From an uncultured Gammaproteobacteria bacterium (lineage in GTDB: Bacteria; Patescibacteriota; Microgenomatia; Levybacterales; UBA12049), in the NCBI GenBank assembly GCA_964503265.1, contig CAZCYO010000001.1:290064-354063 (forward strand): a DNA stretch of 64,000 nt, given 5' to 3'. The first letter of the stretch is position 1, and each line of letters starts with the position of its first letter. The notes beneath the pieces are model-generated. The model worked only from the letters and a program-made list of their open reading frames with translations, did not search any database and was not told where the DNA came from. Shown here piece by piece: positions 54,738-63,913 of this stretch. The translations under genes were made by a program, and so were the position numbers.

Positions 54738-55928
54738 ATGGATTTTTTTGAATTATTACGATTAGCTATTAGTTCACTCAAAGCAAATAAACTAAGAAGC
54801 GGATTAACAACGTTAGGAATTATTATTGGAGTGTTCGCGGTTATTTTACTGGTCTCAATAGGAAGTGGACTTCAAAGTTATATTACAAATCAAATCTCAA
54901 GTCTCGGTTCAAACCTGATCTATGTTATTCCTGGGAAAATAGGTGGTGCGAGGACACCAGGTGGTGTATCTACGAACCGATTAACAATTAACGATGCGAA
55001 ATTACTTGAGACAAAATTGAAAGATGTCGCAAAAGTTGGCCCGATTATTCAAAAATCATCAACAGTTAAATTCGAAGGAAATTCTGATAAAGGTGTGTCG
55101 ATCCTGGGAACAACAGCAAATTATCCAGATATCGTTAAAACTAGCCTTGAGAAAGGGGTGTATTTTACACCTGGACAGGAAAAGTCTGGTGCTAAAGTAG
55201 GAGTAATTGGAAAAACTGTTGAAAAGACGTTACTTCCAACAGGTAATCCAATTGGAAAACGTATTTCAATTTCTGGTAATAAATATACAGTAGTTGGAGT
55301 TCTTAAAGAACGCGGATCACTATTTGGGATTGATCAAGATAATACAGTTGTTATTCCAATTACATCAGCACAACGAATATTTGGAGTAAATAACGTTAAC
55401 ACTATTTATCTTTCAGCAAATCGAGCTAATCAGGTTTCTTACGTCCAAAAAAAAGCTACTGAAACATTACTCAAACGTTTATCAGAAGATGATTTTAGTG
55501 TACAGAATCAAGCACAAACCCTCTCAACAATTAATAATATAACAAATATTCTAACCATCGCATTGGGTGGTATTGCTGCAATTTCACTTGTGGTGGGTGG
55601 AATTGGCGTAATGAACATCATGCTTGTCTCTGTTACAGAGAGAACTCGAGAAATTGGTCTTCGAAAAGCACTTGGGGCAAAAAGAAAAGATATTTTAACC
55701 CAATTCTTACTCGAAGCAATCATCCTGTCACTCATCGGCGGAATAGCAGGGATTTTACTTGGACTTGGCGCTTCCTATATCGTTTCTAAATTCTTTATTT
55801 CTGATGTGACACCGTGGTCAGTCATACTCGCCTTTATTTTTTCAGTAGTTGTTGGTATAGTCTTTGGAATAGCACCAGCCATCAATGCATCTCGATTATC
55901 GCCAATTGAGGCATTACGTCATGATTAA
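54738..55928 (+). CDS. ABC transporter permease, MacB/FtsX family
   Basis: N-terminal TM, a large periplasmic domain, and a C-terminal FtsX four-TM bundle containing the ERTREIGLRKALGA motif. Confidence 0.85.
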   Translation: MDFFELLRLAISSLKANKLRSGLTTLGIIIGVFAVILLVSIGSGLQSYITNQISSLGSNLIYVIPGKIGGARTPGGVSTNRLTINDAKLLETKLKDVAKVGPIIQKSSTVKFEGNSDKGVSILGTTANYPDIVKTSLEKGVYFTPGQEKSGAKVGVIGKTVEKTLLPTGNPIGKRISISGNKYTVVGVLKERGSLFGIDQDNTVVIPITSAQRIFGVNNVNTIYLSANRANQVSYVQKKATETLLKRLSEDDFSVQNQAQTLSTINNITNILTIALGGIAAISLVVGGIGVMNIMLVSVTERTREIGLRKALGAKRKDILTQFLLEAIILSLIGGIAGILLGLGASYIVSKFFISDVTPWSVILAFIFSVVVGIVFGIAPAINASRLSPIEALRHD

Positions 55929-56901
55929 GAATTACGTAAACAATCCAACAATGAATCAATCAAACAATAAAACAGTAAAAAAATCACTTTTCTCATTTAT
56001 TAAATTTTTTGTCGGTTGGCCGCTTTCTTTGACTGCATTATATTTTATCGGAGCAAAGACAATTACTCAGCTACAGGACCATCCAATTGCTTTTTCTGAG
56101 CTTTCATATAGTTCGCTTTTTCTATCAACTATCTTTTTTCTTCTGTATTTTTTCTCTAGGGGATATATTTGGCAAAAAGAATTATCGTTTTTTGGTTACA
56201 GTCTTACTACCTATGAATCGATTTATCATTGGGCAGCATCTGAGTTAAAGAGATATATTCCAGGAAATATTTGGTCCTTTTTAGGTCGTGGCATTCGATT
56301 TGGAGAAATGGGAGTTACAAAAAAACATATCGTGACTGCGCTCATTCTAGAAGCACAGTTGATCGTACTTGGAGCATTAGTAATTTCACTTCCTGCAATT
56401 ATTTTACTAGTAACACCATACGTGCCGTTTATTCAGCCACAATTACTTATGATTATCATTATTTTCATGACATGTATTATATTGACGCTATTTTTTTATC
56501 AAAACATATTTTATAAATATGTAACATTGTCATTCGTTCCTATGATATTTTCTCCATTATCAGCACAAAAACATATGTCTCTATTATTTTTAAGCAGTCT
56601 TTCATATTTATTCTTTGGACTTGGATTTTATTTTTCAATCGTTTCTTTTATTCATATCCCATCCAACTTCTTTATGATTACCATCAGTGGACTCGTACTC
56701 GCATATTTAGTAGGGTATCTATCACTTATTACACCAAGTGGTCTTGGTGTAAGAGAAGTTGTTGCCGGAATAATTCTGACAACGATTGCCAGTACATCTG
56801 TAGTAAATTTCGCTGTACTTTTCTCTCGTATTTTTTTAACGTTAGTCGAACTTATCTTCGTAGCAATTGCTTTTATGTTTTATAAAAATCATCAAAAATG
56901 A
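55885..56901 (+). CDS. Polytopic membrane protein, LPG_synthase_TM/UPF0104 flippase-like family
   Basis: IPGNIWSFLGRGIRFGEMG and the C-terminal ITPSGLGVREVV motif. The true start is probably an internal Met. Confidence 0.45.
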   Translation: MHLDYRQLRHYVMIKNYVNNPTMNQSNNKTVKKSLFSFIKFFVGWPLSLTALYFIGAKTITQLQDHPIAFSELSYSSLFLSTIFFLLYFFSRGYIWQKELSFFGYSLTTYESIYHWAASELKRYIPGNIWSFLGRGIRFGEMGVTKKHIVTALILEAQLIVLGALVISLPAIILLVTPYVPFIQPQLLMIIIIFMTCIILTLFFYQNIFYKYVTLSFVPMIFSPLSAQKHMSLLFLSSLSYLFFGLGFYFSIVSFIHIPSNFFMITISGLVLAYLVGYLSLITPSGLGVREVVAGIILTTIASTSVVNFAVLFSRIFLTLVELIFVAIAFMFYKNHQK

Positions 56902-58319
56902 AAATCCTTCGCACGTATTGGCGTGAAACCATTTTAGGAGTGAGCATGTTACTGTTTAGTATCTATTTCACAATTGTGAGTTTTCTTAGGTATACAAATT
57001 TCTACGCTGGTAAATTTGACTTAGGAAATATGAGCCAAACCGTCTGGAATACACTTCATGGCAATATATTCGTTCTTACTGATCCAAACGGTACACAGAC
57101 TGTTTCACGGCTTGCGACACATGCAGATTTCATTCTGATTTTACTTGCTCCATTTTATATTTTGTGGGCAGACCCTCGCATGTTACTTCTTATTCAAGTA
57201 GTTATTACTGCACTCGGAGCAATATTTATTTATTTGATAGGAAATGAGGTTATAAAGAATAAAAATCTTTCACTCATTTTTGCACTTTTATATCTCTTAA
57301 ATCCAAGTGTTCAGCGGACAATTATTTACGATTTTCATGCTGTAGTCTTAGCGACTACTCTTATTTTAGGTTCATTTTATTTTCTTATTAAAAAGAAATA
57401 TGTGTGGTTTATTGTTTTTAGCATTCTGGCGGCAATTACAAAGGAACAAGTTTGGTTAATAATTTCTTTCTTTGGTATGTATTTATTCTTCGTGGATAAA
57501 AAAAGAATGTTTGGAAGTGTCGTATTTTTAATTAGTATCAGTATTTTCTATATTCTTTTTACCTATGCAATTCCTCACGCTGCAAAATCACAACACTTTG
57601 CATTATCATATTATTCTGATTATGGTGTAAGTCCGACAGAGATAGCAAAAAATATCCTTAAAGCTCCGATCAAATCATTTCTGACTGTTATAGAACCAGA
57701 TAGACAAACGTTTCTGTGGCAACTATTTTCTCCGTTGGTATTACTTTCTTTTGCAGCACCACAATTTCTTTTGTTTATGTTACCCGAATTATTTCTTTAT
57801 TTACTAAGCAGCAACAATAATCTTCATCAAATATATTATCAATACACAGCGACACTAACACCATTTATTTTTATTGCTGCAATATATGGGTTTGCTAAAC
57901 TTCGACAAAAAAGCATATTTTTTAGAGAAGTAAAATCTCTCATGGGAATGTTTTTACTCGCAGTATTTTTTGCGTATTTTTATAGTCCACTACCATTTTC
58001 AGGTGAGCCAAACACTGCAATGTTTACGAAAGTTCAAGAAAACAAAAAAGAAATTAATGATTACCTCGCCTCAGTCCCATCTCATTACAGCGTTGCTGCA
58101 AGTAACAGCTTAGGTTCTCATCTGACAAACCGAAAGGATATTTATACAATTCCAAATGGTCTTGATAAAGCAGATTTAGTACTTTTTCTCCTGAATGATA
58201 CAACTGCATACCCATCTCCTCAAGCACATAAAGATCTCGAACAACGTCTTGAAAAAAGTGGTAAATTTACACTCGATTATCAAATAGGAGACTTTGTGGT
58301 ACTTAAAAGAATAAAATAA
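56898..58319 (+). CDS. Polytopic membrane protein, DUF2079-like (GT-C-like candidate)
   Basis: FDLGNMSQTVWNTLHG in the first loop, about 11 TM helices, then a soluble C-terminal domain. Confidence 0.35.
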   Translation: MKILRTYWRETILGVSMLLFSIYFTIVSFLRYTNFYAGKFDLGNMSQTVWNTLHGNIFVLTDPNGTQTVSRLATHADFILILLAPFYILWADPRMLLLIQVVITALGAIFIYLIGNEVIKNKNLSLIFALLYLLNPSVQRTIIYDFHAVVLATTLILGSFYFLIKKKYVWFIVFSILAAITKEQVWLIISFFGMYLFFVDKKRMFGSVVFLISISIFYILFTYAIPHAAKSQHFALSYYSDYGVSPTEIAKNILKAPIKSFLTVIEPDRQTFLWQLFSPLVLLSFAAPQFLLFMLPELFLYLLSSNNNLHQIYYQYTATLTPFIFIAAIYGFAKLRQKSIFFREVKSLMGMFLLAVFFAYFYSPLPFSGEPNTAMFTKVQENKKEINDYLASVPSHYSVAASNSLGSHLTNRKDIYTIPNGLDKADLVLFLLNDTTAYPSPQAHKDLEQRLEKSGKFTLDYQIGDFVVLKRIK

Positions 58320-58363
58320 TTGTTACATTACTAAATTATTCTATTGTTCTTATTAAAAATTCT

Positions 58364-58456
58364 TGTCATTCTCAGCTGGACTGAGAATCTCTTTGATATT
58401 TTCTTATAAATAAAATAGGTATTTCTTTTAGATTCTCATTTTCATAAGAATGACAA
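58364..58456 (+). repeat. ORF-less inverted pair of hairpin repeats (MITE-like)
   Basis: TGTCATTCTCAGCTGGACTGAGAATCTC at 58364-58391 and inverted CTTTTGTCATTCTTATGAAAATGAGAATC at 58431-58456, flanking 39 bp. Confidence 0.55.
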
Positions 58457-58535
58457 AAGTAAGATAAGTAGTATTATCCAACAACGAAACATTATAGCAA
58501 TCGAACAATGTACCATCTATACTAACTATACTGCC

Positions 58536-59345
58536 ATGATTACTGTCATAAAAGCCAACGGTGAAAGAGAACCATTTAGTGAAGAAAAAGTACTTCGTTC
58601 CATTGAGCGAGCTGGCATTCCTGAAGATTTACGCAATACAGTTTTGGCACATGTCAAAGAAAAATTAGTTGAAAATATTACAACCACAGAAATTTATCGA
58701 CATATTCTTGATTGTTTTGATGAAACAAATAATTTATACAGTAAAGCAAAGTATAGTCTTAAGCAAGCACTTATGTTACTCGGGCCTACTGGATATCCAT
58801 TTGAAGACTATGTTGCACGAATTCTTGAAGCATTAGGATATAAAACTGAAGTTCGACAACTGCTTATGGGAGGATGTGTGGGACATGAAGTCGACGTCAT
58901 ATCTGAAAAAAATCATAAACGTTCAATGATTGAGGCAAAATTTCATAATAATCCAGGTGTTAGATCAGATGTTCAAGTTGCACTTTATACAAAGGCTCGT
59001 TTTGAAGATCTAAAACTCAAGCATCACCTCGATGAAGCGTGGATAGTCACAAATACTAAAGCTACAACAGATGCTATAGCCTATGCGAACTGCGTAGGAA
59101 TGAAGGTAGTTAGTTGGAGTTATCCTGAGAACCAAGGATTACGAGAGCTTATCGAAGAGACCAAAATGCACCCAGTAACTGTACTCACGTCACTTTCTCT
59201 CGCACAAAAAAGAACTCTCCTTAAAAACCATATCGTAACCTGTTTAGAAATCAAACAAAAACCATCTCTTCTTCATGTGCTTTTCTTAGGTGATAAAGAA
59301 CGAAAAGAAGTCATGGAGGAAGTACGATTTATTTGTGAAACATAA
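58536..59345 (+). CDS. ATP-cone domain fused to Mrr-like restriction-endonuclease-fold (PD-(D/E)xK) domain
   Basis: N-terminal VIKANGEREPFSEEKVLRSIERAG (ATP-cone). C-terminal FEDYVARILEALGY...GHEVDVISEK...IEAKF (D...E-x-K). Confidence 0.5.
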   Translation: MITVIKANGEREPFSEEKVLRSIERAGIPEDLRNTVLAHVKEKLVENITTTEIYRHILDCFDETNNLYSKAKYSLKQALMLLGPTGYPFEDYVARILEALGYKTEVRQLLMGGCVGHEVDVISEKNHKRSMIEAKFHNNPGVRSDVQVALYTKARFEDLKLKHHLDEAWIVTNTKATTDAIAYANCVGMKVVSWSYPENQGLRELIEETKMHPVTVLTSLSLAQKRTLLKNHIVTCLEIKQKPSLLHVLFLGDKERKEVMEEVRFICET

Positions 59346-59385
59346 TCCTCACGCCTCTATTACTCTGCAGTAGCACAAATCAGTG

Positions 59386-60672
59386 CTATAGTCCAAATCT
59401 AACCAATTTTTCTCTCTCATAGGCATCGGGGCCAAAGCCGTTTGGGACTGTAGTTAATTTATCTGAATCAAGTAGAAATCCATTTCTGATTGTATGATCA
59501 CCAAATCGGTCATTAATTGTATCTATTACATGTGCGATTTTATTTTTGCGAAGTACATCACTAAATAAATCGAGAGGAATTGAGGAAGAAGGGGAGAGAA
59601 AGCTTACATAAACTCCGATTCTTCGTACATACCGAATTTCTTCTGGTAGCGTACGAAATCCCGACGAAGGATCTGAAAGCAAACGATAAACGATGTCATA
59701 CATTTCTTGTCCCGTATCAAAGTATGAGCTAAAGGTTTTATGAACAGATATATACGATCCACCACCTAGTGATATTCCCATATGCCGTGCTTTCATCTTA
59801 ATTCGACGAAGCTTAATTCCTAACTCTTCACACAGTTCATACACATTCTGAAGGATAGTACGCTCATCATATTCATTTTCTGGAAGACAGTATTGCCTCC
59901 CAATAGATTTAGCGGGTTCTGTTTCTGTATACGGATTTACTTCTGAAAAATCAATTCCTTGACCTACATTCCAGAGAAAAGTTCCTTCAACTACTCCAAA
60001 TTCAGCCATGAGAGAAGACTTAGTAGTAAGAGAAAGTTTGGGCAACGTATATATACCCATTCTATGTAAACGTCTGCAAATTCGAGATCCAATGCCACAA
60101 ATTTCAGTTAGTTCAGTATGTGCATATATTTCCGAAAGATTGTGAGGTGTAATAGTGACAATACCATTGGGCTTTTTAAGACCTGAACCCAATTTAGCCA
60201 GTAATTTATTATGAGAAACACCAACTGATACAGTAATATACGGTCCAATTTCATTTTCGATTCGTTTTTTCAATTTCGAAATTAGTCCATAAACACCACC
60301 AAACAAATGTTCGGTTTTAGTAATATCCATGAACAATTCGTCAATCGAGAACACTTCGACAGAGGGAGAAAAATCTTTGCAGATATTTATAAATTTTTTA
60401 CTAACTTCCCAATACCTCACAAAATTAGCAGGTGTTAGAAGAAGATCGGGACAAAGCGTTTCGGCTTTATAGACATTCATTGCCGTTTTAACACCAAAAC
60501 GCTTTGCCTCACGACTAGCTGCGATTATGCACGTTCTTCCATTTGTTGCAGTTACTCCAAGCGGTTTACCCCTAAACACTGGATTATACTGTTGTTCAAC
60601 GCTTGCAAAGAATGAATCAAAATCGATATGAAGAATCTTCCTGCCTGAGGACTGTTCACTCATATCATGCAT
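59386..60672 (-). CDS. dinB: Y-family DNA polymerase (DinB/Pol IV-like)
   Basis: ILHIDFDSFFASVEQQYNPVFRGKPLGVTA...IIAASREAKRFGVKTAM matches the canonical Y-family N-terminus. Confidence 0.85.
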   Translation of the reverse strand: MHDMSEQSSGRKILHIDFDSFFASVEQQYNPVFRGKPLGVTATNGRTCIIAASREAKRFGVKTAMNVYKAETLCPDLLLTPANFVRYWEVSKKFINICKDFSPSVEVFSIDELFMDITKTEHLFGGVYGLISKLKKRIENEIGPYITVSVGVSHNKLLAKLGSGLKKPNGIVTITPHNLSEIYAHTELTEICGIGSRICRRLHRMGIYTLPKLSLTTKSSLMAEFGVVEGTFLWNVGQGIDFSEVNPYTETEPAKSIGRQYCLPENEYDERTILQNVYELCEELGIKLRRIKMKARHMGISLGGGSYISVHKTFSSYFDTGQEMYDIVYRLLSDPSSGFRTLPEEIRYVRRIGVYVSFLSPSSSIPLDLFSDVLRKNKIAHVIDTINDRFGDHTIRNGFLLDSDKLTTVPNGFGPDAYEREKLVRFGL

Positions 60673-60744
60673 ACGTAAAATATACTAGAAAAATACACGA
60701 AATGAAATAGCTCAAAGAATATCGATTACGGTCAATGTCCTGCG

Positions 60745-60975
60745 TTAGTTTTTTTTGTAGGCTGAGTAGGGGTTACACGAAAGAACACGGATGAATGAAA
60801 GTCGCACCGCTTTAAAAAAAGGGTATGTATTGAAACAATGAATTGCATATTCAGAACAAGAGACTTTATAAATACACTGCGCCCCTAAAGCCGCAAAAAA
60901 AGGAGATAAAATCACCTGATACCCCCGAATAAAAATAATTGCAATCTTCTTCATAAAATCACGTGTCATTCTCAT
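60745..60975 (-). CDS. yidD: Membrane protein insertion efficiency factor YidD
   Basis: IRGYQVILSPFF...CIYKVSCSEYAIHCF...RVLSCNP matches the YidD signature. The first four codons are supplied by a hairpin repeat, so the real start may be the MKK at codon 8. Confidence 0.8.
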   Translation of the reverse strand: MRMTRDFMKKIAIIFIRGYQVILSPFFAALGAQCIYKVSCSEYAIHCFNTYPFFKAVRLSFIRVLSCNPYSAYKKN

Positions 60976-61043
60976 GAAAATGAGAATCTACTAGATACTT
61001 CTCTAGTCATCCTGGAGCGAACGAAGTGAGTGATAGGATCTCA
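60964..61043 (+). repeat. Two tandem hairpin-repeat copies
   Basis: TGTCATTCTCATGAAAATGAGAATCTAC at 60964-60989 and GTCATCCTGGAGCGAACGAAGTGAGTGATAGGATCTCAC at 61006-61043. Confidence 0.55.
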
Positions 61044-61078
61044 CATATAATTCTATATACTTCTTCACTCACCGCTTA

Positions 61079-62149
61079 CTACAGTCCATAGGTTGAAAGT
61101 GGTGCATTCCCTACATGATCTCGTTTTAATTTCATAAGATAGGAGTCACACTGCACACGTCCTGCTTCTGTCGTTACCGCTGCTGTAAATCCATGAGATA
61201 GTAATTCTTTAATCGCTTGATCGCTATAAGAACCGTAAGGGTATGCAAAAACAGTACTCATATACCCGATATGCTGTACAAAATCCTGAGTCGACATCGT
61301 CAATTCAAAATCTATTCTTTCTTTATCACTTTGTCCAAGGGCATTATGAGACCACGTGTGATTATACAGTGAGACATGTGGGTCATGAGACATTTCTATC
61401 ACATTCTTCCATGTCATGTAATCTTTATTTTCAAGCAGGCCTGTCGGTATCATAAAGTTTCCTATCACATTATATTTTTTAAGCAGCGGCCACACATAGG
61501 TATACATATCGATATACCCGTCATCAAATGTTAAAACAATACTGCGATCTGGAACTGACGTGTGTTCTCGCAGTGCCTTAACCAAACTATCAAGAGTAAT
61601 AGGTGTATATGTTTGGTCAATCAAATACTGGAGCTGCTTTTCGAAGATATCACGATCGACAGTGAGTTGAGCATGGCCGAGTTTCGTTGCTTCTGAAAGA
61701 GGTTGGACATGGTGATACATAAGAATAGGCACTGTTAGACAGTATCCTGCAGACACAGGGGTAGCAGTCACGGCTATTCCTTCTGCTTGTGCTTTTTTAA
61801 TGATCTTACTTTCATATGAATTAATTTCTTGTGTTTTATGATTAGGCGAAAAAGCATATTTGGTCCCACTATTTTGGAAGGAAGAGAAAATAAGAACTCC
61901 AATTAAAAAAAGAAAAAAACTTAACGAAATAACTATAAGAAGTGGGAGAGGAAGGCGATAAGAGGATGAGGGAGGAAGAAAATGAATTTTCTTTTTCGAC
62001 AGAGTCTTTCTCTTAAGTGATTTAGCACGAGCCATGCTTGAATTGTAATAAAAGTAGCCATAAATTACAACATCGCTCTCCTCTGTATCCATTTTTTTGA
62101 CATGAATCATTGGTATGTAGTGGGCGTCCGTCTGTTGACGAACGCCCAC
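61079..62149 (-). CDS. Polysaccharide deacetylase (NodB family), membrane anchored
   Basis: IVLTFDDGYIDMYTYVWPLL and YNHTWSHNALG. N-terminal TM. Confidence 0.8.
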   Translation of the reverse strand: MGVRQQTDAHYIPMIHVKKMDTEESDVVIYGYFYYNSSMARAKSLKRKTLSKKKIHFLPPSSSYRLPLPLLIVISLSFFLFLIGVLIFSSFQNSGTKYAFSPNHKTQEINSYESKIIKKAQAEGIAVTATPVSAGYCLTVPILMYHHVQPLSEATKLGHAQLTVDRDIFEKQLQYLIDQTYTPITLDSLVKALREHTSVPDRSIVLTFDDGYIDMYTYVWPLLKKYNVIGNFMIPTGLLENKDYMTWKNVIEMSHDPHVSLYNHTWSHNALGQSDKERIDFELTMSTQDFVQHIGYMSTVFAYPYGSYSDQAIKELLSHGFTAAVTTEAGRVQCDSYLMKLKRDHVGNAPLSTYGL

Positions 62150-62166
62150 CAGAAATTCTGTGATTG

Positions 62167-62766
62167 TTACTCCTGGGGAGTAATCTGGCTGATTAAACGA
62201 GCACTCAAAAGAGTGAGTAGCTCGCTATCTTCCTTGATCTTTTCCCACAACTCAGGATCGTGCTTACGAATCCAGAGCTCGAGGAGAGTAAGTGAACTAG
62301 CGTGAGTCACAAGAGCATATGCACGCTCTTTAGCGTCCTCAGCATAGTACTCAAGGACAGCTTGGCTGGCAATATCTAGTGTAATTCCAGCCGCTTCCAG
62401 AAAGCCCGCACCCATTCCTTCACCTTCACGGAGAAGACCAAGGAGCAGGTGCATTGAGCTGATATAGTGATGACCAAGCAAACGTGATTCATGGATAGCT
62501 AGCCTGATCACAGTGATCAAACGGGGAGTCATTTGTATCCTTTCCGTTACAGGAGACTCTCCCTTAGTACAGACAAACTCGACGTTCGAACGGAGCTTAG
62601 CGGAATCGATCTGCAATTGAGCTAGAATAGGCGATTCTCCTTTAACAAGACCGAGCAACAAGTGCTCAGTCCCAATATAGTGGTGATTAAGACGCCATGC
62701 TTCAGTTTGTGCATCTACGAATGCTTGACGAGCATCCTCGGTAAATCGACCAAACTTGTCTGTCAC
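62167..62766 (-). CDS. Stand-alone Clp N-terminal (double Clp_N repeat) domain protein
   Basis: Two repeats: FTEDARQAFVDAQTEAWRLNHHYIGTEHLLLGLV and RLAIHESRLLGHHYISSMHLLLGLL. GC is somewhat elevated. Confidence 0.6.
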   Translation of the reverse strand: MTDKFGRFTEDARQAFVDAQTEAWRLNHHYIGTEHLLLGLVKGESPILAQLQIDSAKLRSNVEFVCTKGESPVTERIQMTPRLITVIRLAIHESRLLGHHYISSMHLLLGLLREGEGMGAGFLEAAGITLDIASQAVLEYYAEDAKERAYALVTHASSLTLLELWIRKHDPELWEKIKEDSELLTLLSARLISQITPQE

Positions 62767-63027
62767 TTGAGAACTCCTTACTATTCCTCCATTCCCACTG
62801 AATAGAGAATTGCCAAAGAAAAGGAGAACGAATTCTCATCTTTTTAAGCAATCCTCTTAGTAAGAGAATAAAACTAATCACAGAATATTAATGTGCTAAT
62901 TAAGGCTAAGAACGCAATTTGTTCTCGCTTGGGAAGTATTATACCAAACTATAAGTTTATTTATCATGAGTCAACTCCACTCGACTAGTAATTTCTTCTC
63001 TTTGCAGTACAATACATTTAATATCAT

Positions 63028-63124
63028 TGTCATTCCCTTGAAAAAGGGAATCTATTAAATATACCTTTTTAACTAGATATAAAGGGAAATTTAACAGATT
63101 CTCAGTCAAGCTGAGAATGACAGC
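63028..63124 (+). repeat. ORF-less inverted pair of hairpin repeats (MITE-like)
   Basis: TGTCATTCCCTTGAAAAAGGGAATCT at 63028-63053 and inverted TGTCATTCTCAGCTTGACTGAGAATC at 63098-63124, flanking 44 bp. Confidence 0.55.
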
Positions 63125-63132
63125 AGGAAATT

Positions 63133-63843
63133 ATGAAACAAGTACATACTATTCAACTCCAAATTCTTAAAAAACTACTATTCTCTACAGGGCTTCGATA
63201 TAGTCAAATAAAACCATCTTCTGAAATGGAAAATAATCAGTTCGATTTTCATTTAGATAAACTTATCGTTCAGGGCCATATCGAAAAGAAATTGCACCTC
63301 TACCACTTAACGCTTACAGGAAAAGATTTTGCAAATCGAATTGACGCTGATAACACGATGATCCAAAAACAAGCAAAAATTGGCACGTATTTCGCGTGTA
63401 TACGTAAAAAAGAAGGACAAATACAATTTCTTATCTATACACGACTTAAACAACCGTTTTACGGCTGTCAGGGTTTTCCATCAGGAAAAGTTCAGTATGG
63501 TGAAAAAATTACAGAAACTGCGAAGAGAGAACTGAAAGAAGAAACGAACTTAGATGGAGAACCTGAAGTCGTTCTTATTAAACATTTTCTCGTCCATGAT
63601 AAAAAAACTCGTCAACTGATCGAAGATAAATTTATGTTTCTTTGTATCATTTCAGAACCTACAGGAGAACTCATTCCCTGCGATGAAGGTACATATGAAT
63701 GGGTGAATGAAAGCGATCTATTACACTATGTAACAAATCATTTTGAAAATGTGGAAGAGTTCATAAAGGAAGTTATGTATATAAAAAATTTTAACGGAAC
63801 TATCTCTTTTACCGAAATTCACCAAGAAAGTGAAAAATTCTAA
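63133..63843 (+). CDS. Nudix hydrolase with N-terminal winged-helix-like domain
   Basis: Nudix box GFPSGKVQYGEKITETAKRELKEETNL. Confidence 0.6.
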   Translation: MKQVHTIQLQILKKLLFSTGLRYSQIKPSSEMENNQFDFHLDKLIVQGHIEKKLHLYHLTLTGKDFANRIDADNTMIQKQAKIGTYFACIRKKEGQIQFLIYTRLKQPFYGCQGFPSGKVQYGEKITETAKRELKEETNLDGEPEVVLIKHFLVHDKKTRQLIEDKFMFLCIISEPTGELIPCDEGTYEWVNESDLLHYVTNHFENVEEFIKEVMYIKNFNGTISFTEIHQESEKF

Positions 63844-63913
63844 ACTATCTCTTCTTTCTGCATATTCCCAATCATTATTGGGATCTTTTTAGTTTTTTTG
63901 GTACAATACCCGA

